38,766 nt of DNA from an uncultured Oligoflexus sp. (GTDB taxonomy: Bacteria > Bdellovibrionota_B > Oligoflexia > Oligoflexales > Oligoflexaceae): NCBI GenBank assembly GCA_964236955.1, contig CAXSGP010000004.1, forward strand, positions 77,952 through 116,717, written 5' to 3'. How positions within the stretch are numbered: the stretch's first letter is position 1; every line of letters begins with the position of its first letter. The notes beneath the pieces are model-generated. The model was not told where the DNA came from. It saw only the letters and a program-made list of their open reading frames with translations, and ran no database searches. This document shows positions 17,768 to 27,345 of the stretch, one piece after another. The position numbers and the translations under genes were made by a program.

Positions 17768-19867
17768 TTGCAAAAACTAATCAGAAACTGTTGGCTGGGA
17801 ATAATCGTGACCACTCCATCGTTAGGGTTCGCTGCACCCTTTAAAAGCGACAAAGATTATCAATGGCTTGAAGAGCTGCGCTCCGACAAAAGTTTGGCCT
17901 GGGTAAAAAGCCAGAATGAACGCAGCCTCAAGCGTCTCGAGAGTACGCCGACCTTCGAAAGTATGAAGCGTGATGCCTTGGCGATACTGGAGGCGAAAGA
18001 TAAGATTGCCTATGGGCACATCAATAAAGAATTCGTCTATAATTTCTGGCAGGATGCGGATCACATTAAAGGTATCTGGAGGCGTAGCAGCTTTAATGCT
18101 TACCGGGAAGGCAAACCGCTGTGGGAGACGCTCCTCGATATCGATGCCTTGGCTAAGGCCAGCGGTAAATCCTTTGTATATGGTGGCGCCGATTGCCTGC
18201 AAAGCGATCCGAACCGTTGCCTGATCACACTCTCCGAAGGTGGCAGTGATGCTTCCATCCGCCGCGAGTTTGATATAGCGAAAAAGGAGTTTGTAAAGGG
18301 TGGCTTCGAATTGCCCGCTTCCAAGTCTTCCCTTGCTTGGGTTAGCAGGGATGAGGTGCTGTTCGCTAATGCATTGACGCCAGCTACTCAGACTGATTCG
18401 GGCTATCCGCTGGAGCTTCGCTCGTGGCAGCGCGGTCAAAAGATTGACGACGCAGCGCTAGTCTTTAAAGGCGAAAAATCGGATGTTTCGGTGCGAGGCT
18501 GGGTCAGTCGCGACTCCAGTGAAAAGAAGGACTACACCTTTTACTCAAGGAGTTTAAGTTTTTACACTTCAGAAATCTATGTGCCAAAGGACGGTAAAGC
18601 CTTTCGATTGCCCCTTCCCATCGATGTGGAGATGTATGGCATTCACAAAGGCCAGCTTTTATTTATCAATCGCAAAGCTCTTTTGACTTTCCCCGCAGGT
18701 TCTTTCATAGCGGTGAAATACAGTGAGCTTTTAAAGGGCAATACACCTTATAAGCTTATTTTTACCCCTAACCAAAGTCAGTCGATCAACGGCGTGGACA
18801 TGACGCGGGATTATGTCTATGTGAATCTTCTCGATAATGTCCGCAGTCGCGTCATGCGTTGGGATCTTAAAGACGGATCGTGGACTGCAAAGGATCTGCC
18901 GCTTGAAGCGACTGGATCCATTGCCTTGCTTTCTGGCGATGATGAAAGCAATCGTATGCTGATAGGATATGAGGGTTTCCTAAGTCCCAACAGCCTGTTT
19001 AGTTTCGATGGTGAAACCTTTGAAAAGAAATTGATAACACAACTTCCTCCGCGTTTTCCGGCCGAGGGCATGACGGTTAAGCAGGAATTCGCGACCAGTA
19101 ACGATGGCGAGAAAATCCCTTATTTCATCATCCATTCCAAGGCTATGAAAAATGATGGTTCGAATCCGACTCTGCTTTACGGCTACGGTGGCTTTGAAGT
19201 CTCCCTGAATCCAAGTTATCTGGCGATTGCAGGCAAGCTCTGGCTTGAAAAAGGCGGCGTTTATGTGCTTGCCAATATTCGAGGGGGCGGCGAATTTGGA
19301 CCAAGGTGGCATCAGGCAGCGCTTCTTGAAAATCGTCAAAAAGCCTTCGACGATTTCGCTGCTGTTGCCCGCGATCTTATCACCAGGGGAATCACGACCC
19401 CAGCCCATCTCGGCATTCAGGGGGGAAGCAATGGCGGTCTATTGATGGGCGCAAGTTTCACCCAGCATCCTGAACTCTTTAACGCCGTCGTCTGTCAGGT
19501 GCCTTTACTTGATATGCTGCGTTACCATAAGCTTTTGGCTGGCGCGAGCTGGATGGCGGAATACGGCAATCCCGATGATCCCAAGATGAAGGCGGTGATC
19601 GAAAAATATTCACCTTTTCAAAATCTAGATCCTTATAAGTCGTATCCAGAGGTGTTCTTTGTGACATCGACTGCAGACGACCGCGTGCATCCCAGTCATG
19701 CCCGTAAGATGGCGGCTCGTATGGAAGAGTTCAAGAAGCCTTTTCTCTACTATGAAAATATTGAAGGTGGCCACAGCGCTAGCGCTGATCTGCAGCAGAG
19801 GGCGAAACGTTCCGCGCTCGAATTCAGTTATCTTTGGGTGAAACTTAACACTCCCGATAAGTCCTGA
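17768..19867 (+). CDS. Secreted prolyl oligopeptidase (peptidase S9A)
   Basis: Signal peptide, YGYGGF, NIRGGGEFG, GGSNGGLL (catalytic Ser), DDRVHP (Asp) and GGH (His). Confidence 0.96.
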   Translation: MQKLIRNCWLGIIVTTPSLGFAAPFKSDKDYQWLEELRSDKSLAWVKSQNERSLKRLESTPTFESMKRDALAILEAKDKIAYGHINKEFVYNFWQDADHIKGIWRRSSFNAYREGKPLWETLLDIDALAKASGKSFVYGGADCLQSDPNRCLITLSEGGSDASIRREFDIAKKEFVKGGFELPASKSSLAWVSRDEVLFANALTPATQTDSGYPLELRSWQRGQKIDDAALVFKGEKSDVSVRGWVSRDSSEKKDYTFYSRSLSFYTSEIYVPKDGKAFRLPLPIDVEMYGIHKGQLLFINRKALLTFPAGSFIAVKYSELLKGNTPYKLIFTPNQSQSINGVDMTRDYVYVNLLDNVRSRVMRWDLKDGSWTAKDLPLEATGSIALLSGDDESNRMLIGYEGFLSPNSLFSFDGETFEKKLITQLPPRFPAEGMTVKQEFATSNDGEKIPYFIIHSKAMKNDGSNPTLLYGYGGFEVSLNPSYLAIAGKLWLEKGGVYVLANIRGGGEFGPRWHQAALLENRQKAFDDFAAVARDLITRGITTPAHLGIQGGSNGGLLMGASFTQHPELFNAVVCQVPLLDMLRYHKLLAGASWMAEYGNPDDPKMKAVIEKYSPFQNLDPYKSYPEVFFVTSTADDRVHPSHARKMAARMEEFKKPFLYYENIEGGHSASADLQQRAKRSALEFSYLWVKLNTPDKS

Positions 19868-19928
19868 TGCCACTATAAGCGCCTTCATAGCAGGCTTAGA
19901 CCTAAGCTCTGTCTTCAAGTAACGTTTT

Positions 19929-19965
19929 GTAAAAGCCCGCAGCCCAAAGGACAGCGGGCTTTTAC
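19929..19965 (+). terminator. Rho-independent terminator after the prolyl oligopeptidase gene
   Basis: 12-bp inverted repeat GTAAAAGCCCGC / GCGGGCTTTTAC with A/T tracts. Confidence 0.75.
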
Positions 19966-20117
19966 TTCGGATATAAAGCGCCTGCTACAAAGGCCTGAGC
20001 CGCTTTGATTACGAGTCGGCAACCCTCTAAAAAGACAGCATTATCAAGATTGGACTCCACTCGCGGGGAAGGACGCCGAAGGGTATTCGTCAGTTGATTA
20101 TCATAGAGGATTTTAGC

Positions 20118-20480
20118 ATGAAAAAACTACTACTCGCATTAGTCATCAGTACTTCAGCCCTTGCCGAAGGTGGCAAAGCTCCCGATTCACCAGCAGGTGA
20201 CGAGAGTGCAGCTGTTAGCAAAACAGAAGCGAATGAAGGACACGCAAAAGAATCGGCGAATGGCAAGGAAACTATCTGCAAACAGGATTCTCGAGTGAGA
20301 AAGGTCACACTTTCCACCGGTGATGCGGGATTAGCCTGCAAAGTGTCCTATCTTAAAGAAAGCCAGTCGCCTGGAGAGGAAAAGGTACTTTGGAGTTCAA
20401 AAGCAAAAGCTGATTACTGCGAGGAGCATGCCACAGCTTTTGTCGAAAAGCTTAAAGGTATGGGTTGGGTTTGTGAATAG
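20118..20480 (+). CDS. Small secreted hypothetical protein with four Cys
   Basis: GAGGA RBS then MKKLLLALVISTSALA signal peptide. C-terminal domain C..R.V...C.V.Y.K...LW...YC...FV.KL..GW.C. Confidence 0.8.
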   Translation: MKKLLLALVISTSALAEGGKAPDSPAGDESAAVSKTEANEGHAKESANGKETICKQDSRVRKVTLSTGDAGLACKVSYLKESQSPGEEKVLWSSKAKADYCEEHATAFVEKLKGMGWVCE

Positions 20481-20572
20481 CGAACGTGTTATTAGAACTT
20501 GAGCTAAAGTCTGGTGGTGGATTGAGGGCCCGTGAATGCGTCGAGACAAAGGCCCAAAATCTACCACTGACA

Positions 20573-20694
20573 AGTGTCTGTCCGGAAAAGGCGATGGCCG
20601 CGTTCCATCAGCAGAAAAAGTGCTCATCTATGCGGAATAAACTCCGCTTTTTTTCTGGCTCGCGGCATGCCATCCCCAGTTCCGGACAGACATT
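20573..20694. repeat. ~120 bp palindromic interspersed repeat (REP/MITE-like), copy 1
   Basis: Perfect 13-bp terminal inverted repeat TGTCTGTCCGGAA (20575-20587) / TTCCGGACAGACA (20680-20692) with nested internal stems. About 80% identical by eye to 34663-34785. Confidence 0.85.
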
Positions 20695-20696
20695 CC

Positions 20697-21050
20697 TTAA
20701 CGACTGGTAATCGGCCGTTCCAAGGGGCGCGCACAAGTATACCTTGTATAGAATTGCATCTTGGGTGTGGGCTTTTGCTGGGGCTTTACCTGGATGCCAA
20801 ATTCCAGTGTGTTCCAAACCTGCTCTGATGTCGTATCCCAGGCGTCACCATAAGGCTGTGGGCAAGACTGCTGGGCCTCAATCGTAGCCGCCGACTCCTT
20901 TTCTATGCCACGCCCCATCCCTGCTCCGAAAGGAGAAAGGGCCTGCTGCCCTGCATCGGGATAGAGTGCCGATTCCTGTGCCGACACCCCATGCGCGGCG
21001 ATCCCCAGAGAGAGTATTGAAAGGCTCAAGATTCCAGAGACTTTTTTCAT
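20697..21050 (-). CDS. Small secreted hypothetical protein
   Basis: Signal peptide MKKVSGILSLSILSLGIAAHGVSA, two Cys. Starts 4 nt after the USP stop. Confidence 0.7.
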   Translation of the reverse strand: MKKVSGILSLSILSLGIAAHGVSAQESALYPDAGQQALSPFGAGMGRGIEKESAATIEAQQSCPQPYGDAWDTTSEQVWNTLEFGIQVKPQQKPTPKMQFYTRYTCARPLERPITSR

Positions 21051-21054
21051 GACT

Positions 21055-22077
21055 TCAATCCTTTAAATATTCGGCTCCCATAAATGTACGGACTGCCTTT
21101 TGGCTATCAGGGATAATCAGAGTGGCAATCCCTTCCTCTATCATAGCGTGATAAGGAATACGGCCTAATGAAAGAGTCTTGCGGCGGATGAGATGATGGC
21201 GCCCAAAAACCATCAGCTGTGAGTTTGAACGAAGAACTTCCGCATGGATAATCTCCGCGGGTTCCCCAAATCCGACAGCAGGTTCATAAATCGTACTGTT
21301 CAAGGCCTTGACTCTGGACCCATTGCAGCGCCTGATCAATTCCTCACGGGTCATGTCCTTGACACGTTCAATATAATAGTCACGGTTGAGCAAGGGATCA
21401 GACGGTATCTGGCCAAGCACCATCGCTTCGCGGACTGCGGCGATCATTTTATCAATTTCACCATAGGTTGTCGCATGAACGTGAACGTGGGTCAAACGTT
21501 GGGCATAGAGCGCTTGAGCTAGCCAAAGTCCCGCTACAAGAGCCTGTTCGCCTTCCCTTTCAAAATTGTCCGCCACCAGGATGCGAAGCGAGTCTTCAAA
21601 GGGAATCGATTTGCTTAAAGGAACCAGTAGAACAGGCATGTCTGCATCAGACGCAAGAGTAAATCCCGTCGATAGGCCCGAGAGGAACCGGCGATTATCC
21701 CTTTGCTCACTACGAACGCCACAAAGGATTAGCCCGGCATTCTGTTCATGGGCATAGCTAAGGATTGCTTCCGTTGGGAAATCCCGGACGATATCGGCAG
21801 TCGCTTCCAGGTCATTGATTTCCAAAAGCATGGCCTCGAGTTTGTTACGAGCTTTTTTTTCCTCATCGTCTGTGTATGTCGTTTCATATCCGTAATAGGG
21901 ATTGACGACGATATCTCCTGCACCAACATAGCTAAACAAAGGCCTTAAGGCATGCACCAGCCGCAAGGGCGCATGAAGTTTTTTGGCTAAAAACCGTCCA
22001 GCTTCCACAATGAAGCGATCCGACGGCTCCAGTAGAACGGCAGCTATGATTGGTTTTGTATGATTGTTTGAATTCAT
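21055..22077 (-). CDS. Tandem-domain universal stress protein
   Basis: Two USP folds (LRLVHA...LILCG...STG..L...MPVLLVP; ILVAD...GEPAEII...LMVFG). AGGAG RBS. Confidence 0.85.
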   Translation of the reverse strand: MNSNNHTKPIIAAVLLEPSDRFIVEAGRFLAKKLHAPLRLVHALRPLFSYVGAGDIVVNPYYGYETTYTDDEEKKARNKLEAMLLEINDLEATADIVRDFPTEAILSYAHEQNAGLILCGVRSEQRDNRRFLSGLSTGFTLASDADMPVLLVPLSKSIPFEDSLRILVADNFEREGEQALVAGLWLAQALYAQRLTHVHVHATTYGEIDKMIAAVREAMVLGQIPSDPLLNRDYYIERVKDMTREELIRRCNGSRVKALNSTIYEPAVGFGEPAEIIHAEVLRSNSQLMVFGRHHLIRRKTLSLGRIPYHAMIEEGIATLIIPDSQKAVRTFMGAEYLKD

Positions 22078-22127
22078 AAGAACTCCTTAGCCCATAGATG
22101 CGGAGAGCCTAACCTTAGGGCAGACCT

Positions 22128-22144
22128 AGCAATACTTGGGCCAA
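22128..22144 (-). promoter_or_regulatory. Sigma54 -24/-12 promoter for the USP operon
   Basis: Minus strand TTGGCCCAAGTATTGCT, one mismatch from TGGCAC-N5-TTGCW, ~50 nt upstream of the ATG. Confidence 0.7.
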
Positions 22145-22330
22145 GGCGGAGTGATCAGAAAAAAGGCCGGGCTGTTAAAATGAAAGATTTAAATCCTTGA
22201 ATATTAACGAATAAATGAAATTTTAGACCGTTTGAAAACCAGCGTTCAAAGTCATGTATGTTTTCCCATATGGAGTGGTCATGCTGCAAAAGAAGCAGCT
22301 TCGATGGCTAAGAACTTGCTCAGCACCTTA

Positions 22331-22705
22331 TTATTTAGGAAAAATCAAAGGCAGCCCGCGATCTAACCAGTTGCGATAGCCACCGATCATGCTCTTGACG
22401 TTTTGGTAGCCCATCTTTTGAAGGTTGAGAGCCGCCAAGGCTGATCGGTAACCTCCGCCACAGTACAGCACAATAGCGGCATTTTTATCAGGAATCCGCA
22501 GTTCGATATCGCGTTCGATAATGCCTTTGGATAAATGAAAAGCGTCAGGAAGGTGGCCAGCAGCCCATTCGGATTCTTCACGCACATCTACGAAATTGAA
22601 TTTTTGTTTTTTCTCAAGCATATTCACCACAGAATCAGCCTCTATTTCTGTGATTTCCTGTCGCACCTCGTCGGCAAGTTTTTCAAAGCCAGGACTATGT
22701 TTCAT
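22331..22705 (-). CDS. Single-domain rhodanese-like sulfurtransferase
   Basis: DVREESEW, GHLPDA and active-site loop YCGGGYRS. Confidence 0.93.
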   Translation of the reverse strand: MKHSPGFEKLADEVRQEITEIEADSVVNMLEKKQKFNFVDVREESEWAAGHLPDAFHLSKGIIERDIELRIPDKNAAIVLYCGGGYRSALAALNLQKMGYQNVKSMIGGYRNWLDRGLPLIFPK

Positions 22706-22849
22706 AAGGGATCCTTTATTTGCATTTGCACTATCAAGACTTCAAAAGACTTTGGTGTGTCAACAAAAAACTCGCGACTGCCGGTCGAACGCGGGCGTGC
22801 TCTCGGAAAGACGGGTGCTAAAAGTTTTTGGCCTGCAATGGCTCCTGGT

Positions 22850-24472
22850 TTAGGGCAGAATGCTTTTTACAGCATCAAACTGCAGGCCGAGTTCGGTTTT
22901 TGGGCTGGCAGTGAAGTAGCTCATCGGCTTTCTTGTCCTCATATTCATAGCGACAGCGACAAGAGTTATGGTTTTAACCTCTGATTCACCGAGGTAGCTG
23001 CGGAAAATATTGGTGAAATCGATCACCGCGTTTTTGGCCGTTTGCCCCGATTCTCCTTTATGAACGTGGTCCGCCCCGAAGAAAGAATAAACCCCAACGT
23101 ACTCAGCTTTCGTGTAGGCATCCGCGTTAAAGTAATCGAAGGTTTTGTAAGTGTCGTCGATAAAAGCAAAGAATCGAATCACGAGGGAATCTTTCATTTC
23201 CTGATCTGTCGGTGGAAGCAGATACGCCACGGTAAATGCAACACTCGCTTGGATGGACGAGCGGAAAGCAGCCAGGACAATTTTCGACTCCTTGTCAGCC
23301 ACGTCGATGGTCGTAACGATCCTTTCGCTTGAGACAACGTTTGTCCCTACAAATCCATAGGAAAAGCGCGACCTGCCTTTAATTACCAGTCGCGATACAT
23401 CAGGAAGTTTAGCCTGACCTTCTGCAATTCCTTTTCTCTGCGAGTTCGGTATCGCGGGTGGCGGAAGACTATCGGTGTCGTAGACATAACCGAAGTTTTT
23501 GAGATCCTGTACGTCTTTTACGGTAAGGTTGAATTCGACCTTGCGTTTTTGTTCTGGCCAGTCGATCCCTGGTTGGAGTTCGTCGCCACTTCTGTGGTAA
23601 TCAAGTGCCGTGGCCATATAAACTTCGGCGACATCATCTCTTGCCGCGACGTTCGAACCCCCTCGAAGAAACTTCGCCACCTTTTCCGGTAGGACAGCGG
23701 GATGTATCCTCTGGAATTGCCGCCAGATCCGGTCAACATTACCATGATGTAACCAGAAAATTGGATCCGTGGGTGATTCATTATTCGCCATAAGGCCGCC
23801 GATGAACTTATGCACATTATTGTGTGGAATGGCTTCGAACGTGCCCACTGCGCTTCCACCGGCTCCAGCCGGAACGCTAAAGGGAGCAAAATAATCAGTC
23901 GGGCGCGAAAAGAAGGAGTAAAACTCTCCGTTGGCGTAAATGCGATCCATGACCGATTGACCGGTAAATTCAGGCGGAATCGAATCTCCGAGCTTTGCGA
24001 CTCGTCGACTGACTTTGAGGCTCGGCGAGGTAAAGAATTCTTCGGGGATCACAGGATCAAGAGTCCAATCCCAATAAGGCAGCGCAAAGTCTGGATCATC
24101 TAAAGCAATCTGACAAGCGGTTTCGAAATAATAGAGATAGAGCCGATGCCAAGGCACGAAGAGCCAGTTACCATGCGGACAACTGGAGTTATGAATGTCA
24201 ACAAACCTTGACCAGGTTAAATAGCTGCGCGGGTCTGCATCCGGGAATTTCTGCTTATCATTAGCCTTGAGCCATTCCACGGCCTGTATATACTGAGCTT
24301 TGAAATCCGAGTGTTTCCCTGGCTCCCAGCGTTTTCGCACCCGTGGAGCTAAAGGGGCTGTAAGTCCATCTTTGAGCCGTGAGTAGGCTGCAGTCGTTTT
24401 GCAACTGAGAAGGAGAAGGCCTCCGAAAGCCGCAGATGATGAGATGAGATGTCGCCGGTCAAAGTTTGTCAT
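22850..24472 (-). CDS. Tyrosinase / polyphenol oxidase (type 3 copper), Tat-exported lipoprotein
   Basis: GGAGG RBS before ATG 24472. Tat motif DRRHLI and lipobox LLSC. CuA H..CPH...F.PWHR, CuB HNNVH...DPIFWLHH.NVDR.W, and PYWDW. Confidence 0.93.
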   Translation of the reverse strand: MTNFDRRHLISSSAAFGGLLLLSCKTTAAYSRLKDGLTAPLAPRVRKRWEPGKHSDFKAQYIQAVEWLKANDKQKFPDADPRSYLTWSRFVDIHNSSCPHGNWLFVPWHRLYLYYFETACQIALDDPDFALPYWDWTLDPVIPEEFFTSPSLKVSRRVAKLGDSIPPEFTGQSVMDRIYANGEFYSFFSRPTDYFAPFSVPAGAGGSAVGTFEAIPHNNVHKFIGGLMANNESPTDPIFWLHHGNVDRIWRQFQRIHPAVLPEKVAKFLRGGSNVAARDDVAEVYMATALDYHRSGDELQPGIDWPEQKRKVEFNLTVKDVQDLKNFGYVYDTDSLPPPAIPNSQRKGIAEGQAKLPDVSRLVIKGRSRFSYGFVGTNVVSSERIVTTIDVADKESKIVLAAFRSSIQASVAFTVAYLLPPTDQEMKDSLVIRFFAFIDDTYKTFDYFNADAYTKAEYVGVYSFFGADHVHKGESGQTAKNAVIDFTNIFRSYLGESEVKTITLVAVAMNMRTRKPMSYFTASPKTELGLQFDAVKSILP

Positions 24473-24519
24473 GGCATCCTCCAGGGTCATTGGAACTTTT
24501 CGATTCCTGCATCTTAGCT

Positions 24520-24875
24520 CCAAATCGGGACGTGGGCGCGATAAATCTGATTCATTTTGTATTCAAGAGTTGGATTCAGAAAGTTGAAGGGCAGTACGGG
24601 TCCCAGCGGATTGAGATGAACATAGCGTTAATATCTGCTGATGATCACAGGTAACGGTAGAGGCTTCGCAGTATAGAGCCGGTCCTTCCCTGCATCGACA
24701 AGTTGAAGCCCTTACGATCTAAATTCTCCTGAGCTGCTCGATGGGCCAAGCCACTCCAAGAAAGTCATCATGGTTCAGTTGCTTGATTCTTGTAGGTCGT
24801 GTTCAGTAAAAAGCAGACGCGAAATCGCCCTTGATAAGAACGAAGTTACGGTCATCCGTGGTATTGCCCAGGATC
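24520..24875 (-). pseudogene. Possible decayed REP-associated tyrosine transposase (RAYT/Y1) remnant
   Basis: Stop- and frameshift-broken minus-strand fragments, in the expected order: PGQYH, LNH, FN....GRTG, RYVHLNP. Confidence 0.25.
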
Positions 24876-24901
24876 TTTCGTCAGCTTTTTATTCCCAAAT
24901 T

Positions 24902-25885
24902 TCAGGGTTCCCCCAATTCTATGCGTTGCCCGGTTCCAAAGGGTCTGGCAAGATAGGGGACGAGGCCGGCACAAGGGGGTTGGCCTTCTCTTAAGACTTT
25001 TAGAGTTATGGTCCGCAGTGCGTTCAGATCGATCGTTTGGCCATTGCCCTCACCGAAATTTGTAAGCTTTTCGGTGCCAATGAATTTTGCGGCTTCACCG
25101 TCCGGCTGAATCGAGTGAATTTCCTTTATGCTGGCGACGTACTGTATCATTTTGGAAAAATTCTGAAAGGTTTTCGCTGTGGGAAGACCGTCATGCTTAG
25201 GTGGCGAAACGGTGATCGCGTTGCCGAGTCTGGCGTTATAAAATTCCAGGTCTGGAAAATTTTTCACAAGCTTGATGTAATAAGGATCACGAATTTTCGA
25301 TTGAGCGGCGATGTCGGACTTGGTCTCGGGGTTGCCATTTTCGTCAAGCTCCGCTTTACCGTTTTCATCGAGCACCGGGACCTTAATCGGCTGGAAATTG
25401 ATTAGAAATCCTGGAAAGCTGTAGCGGACGTCAAGCATGCTTCCGCCGTCCGAAACACCACGTTCCGCGACTTCCGCGAAGCCAATATTTATGTCACCCT
25501 GAGGCGAGATCATATAGGTTGCGAAATAATTGCTAGGAAGCTGGAAACGCTCATCGTTAACTTTGGCGATGTAATAGGCGCGGTTGAAGTCGAAAAAGCA
25601 ACTCGGTTCGACGCTTACGTTGTCCTTGTGAATAATCTGGCCTTCCGCAGCAATTTGTCCAAAGGTGGATTGGAGAGCCTTGCGGGCCTCCCTGCGGAAC
25701 AGATCAAGATTGAGGGGAAGGGCTTTGTCATAGCCATATTTTTTCACAAGCGCATCGCCTGGAGCTGCGCTGCCGGAATCCGCACGGACTTCGCTGGGAT
25801 CACCGCCGCTGGTTTTGCAGGACAGAGGGCCTAGGGCAGCCGCGAAACAGAGAGTGAAACAGCAGAGCGTTGAGAGCTTGAGCAT
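24902..25885 (-). CDS. Hypothetical lipoprotein
   Basis: AGGAG RBS, hydrophobic leader with lipobox-like PLSC-KT, 327-aa ORF. Confidence 0.78.
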   Translation of the reverse strand: MLKLSTLCCFTLCFAAALGPLSCKTSGGDPSEVRADSGSAAPGDALVKKYGYDKALPLNLDLFRREARKALQSTFGQIAAEGQIIHKDNVSVEPSCFFDFNRAYYIAKVNDERFQLPSNYFATYMISPQGDINIGFAEVAERGVSDGGSMLDVRYSFPGFLINFQPIKVPVLDENGKAELDENGNPETKSDIAAQSKIRDPYYIKLVKNFPDLEFYNARLGNAITVSPPKHDGLPTAKTFQNFSKMIQYVASIKEIHSIQPDGEAAKFIGTEKLTNFGEGNGQTIDLNALRTITLKVLREGQPPCAGLVPYLARPFGTGQRIELGEP

Positions 25886-26355
25886 GAAAACTCCTTTGCC
25901 GGATGTGACATGTTAGGATTATATATTATTTCAACAACTGGTACCGGCCCATTTAGACCTTGGACTTTCCGCAAGACCTGTTTTAAGAGCGACGGAACTG
26001 AGTAGGTCCCCGTACCAAACCGCCCGCATCTCACGCCGCAGTGCAGTCGGGATGGGTACGAGCAAGAACGGCGGCAATCAGGGATTAGCGAATCCTCGCA
26101 GCATTGCCAAAGGCCAAGAGTCCTCGCATAGCCGGTCCCGGCCTCTATCGCCGGACTTCTGCCCGATACCTTGCTTTGCGTGCTCTATTTTACAGGCTTC
26201 AGAATCGATCCCGGTAGAACTTGCGAACTTTAACGTGACGACTGAAGAGAAGCATTGTCATTTATGGCCGCTAGGTTTAATGTCTGGGCCCAGGTCTATC
26301 GTCTGTCGTGCTCGTCCTATTTAAATACAAATCATTAAAATTACAGGGAATATTC

Positions 26356-26982
26356 ATGCTCGCACCCTTTATGGTCGCTGTCTCAGGTGGATCAGGTTCA
26401 GGCAAGACTACTTTTGTAGGCAAACTTAATGAAAGGCTCGAGTTGCAGAGACCCCTTATTATCAATATAGATCATTACTATAGGGACTTAAGCCACCTCG
26501 CTCCCGATGAACGCGCCCGGTGTAACTTCGACGATCCGGAATCGATCGAAAAGTCCCTTCTGTACAATCAGGTCAGCCTTTTGCAAGCGGGACAAAATGT
26601 TGAAAGACCCACCTATGATTTCGCCACCCATAGCCGGACCGCTGCCAAAGTGCTGTTGGAACCGAGCCCCGTCATCATTATGGACGGCATTTTTTCTCTG
26701 TGTTTCCCTGAACTTCTGCAGCTATTTGACCTTAAGATCTTTATCGATGTCGAAGACGATGTTCGTGTGGTCAGACGCATCCGGCGTGATACCGCAGAAC
26801 GCGGCCGAAGCTTTGAAAGTTGCGCCTCCCAATATCTAGGCTCGGTAAAAGCGATGCACAGAAAGCACATAGAGCCGACCAGGGTTGCAGCCGACATTAT
26901 AGTGCCGTGGCACTCTATGAATGATAGAGCCGTTGGCTATATAGCTGATCTCATACAGCTCGCGGTACAACGCCGTAGCTGA
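26356..26982 (+). CDS. udk: Uridine kinase
   Basis: GGSGSGKTT Walker A, DHYY, NFDDP, PTYDF, RRIRRD.AERGR and IEPT...ADII. Start placed at ATG 26356. Confidence 0.93.
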   Translation: MLAPFMVAVSGGSGSGKTTFVGKLNERLELQRPLIINIDHYYRDLSHLAPDERARCNFDDPESIEKSLLYNQVSLLQAGQNVERPTYDFATHSRTAAKVLLEPSPVIIMDGIFSLCFPELLQLFDLKIFIDVEDDVRVVRRIRRDTAERGRSFESCASQYLGSVKAMHRKHIEPTRVAADIIVPWHSMNDRAVGYIADLIQLAVQRRS

Positions 26983-27345
26983 GGCAAGGGCTATCTATAC
27001 TAGGCCTTTTCACTTTTCCCATCTTTCCAGCCGTGGGCCAGTGCTACGTTTTCGCCGATGATCCCTTCTTCTTTTTGACGATTGCAGAGCCTTCTCCAGG
27101 CCCGTCGTTGACTGCAGGTTCGGGTCGGGTCGCCAGTTATTGGTGGCGACCTTGGTTATTTTTATAAAAATCAGCATTTGCCCCACACAATCAGGATTTT
27201 ATTCGATGACCTTTAAGCCAATCTAAACCCACTGTTAAAACTTTTCATTCGGAATTTTTCAGCATCATCCGTATGGATTATTAGCAATTGCTGACACCCA
27301 ATTCTGGCCTTGCCAGCCGACTTCGAACATAGAGTGGAGCTTATC

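Noticed and set aside
19157..19167. GGTTCGAATCC, a tRNA T-arm-like sequence
   Set aside because: Lies in frame within the prolyl oligopeptidase gene; no cloverleaf around it.
20486..20828. Short overlapping ORFs here and at 34684-34996
   Set aside because: Similar peptides (MAAFH...) arise only from reading through the two repeat copies; no RBS support.
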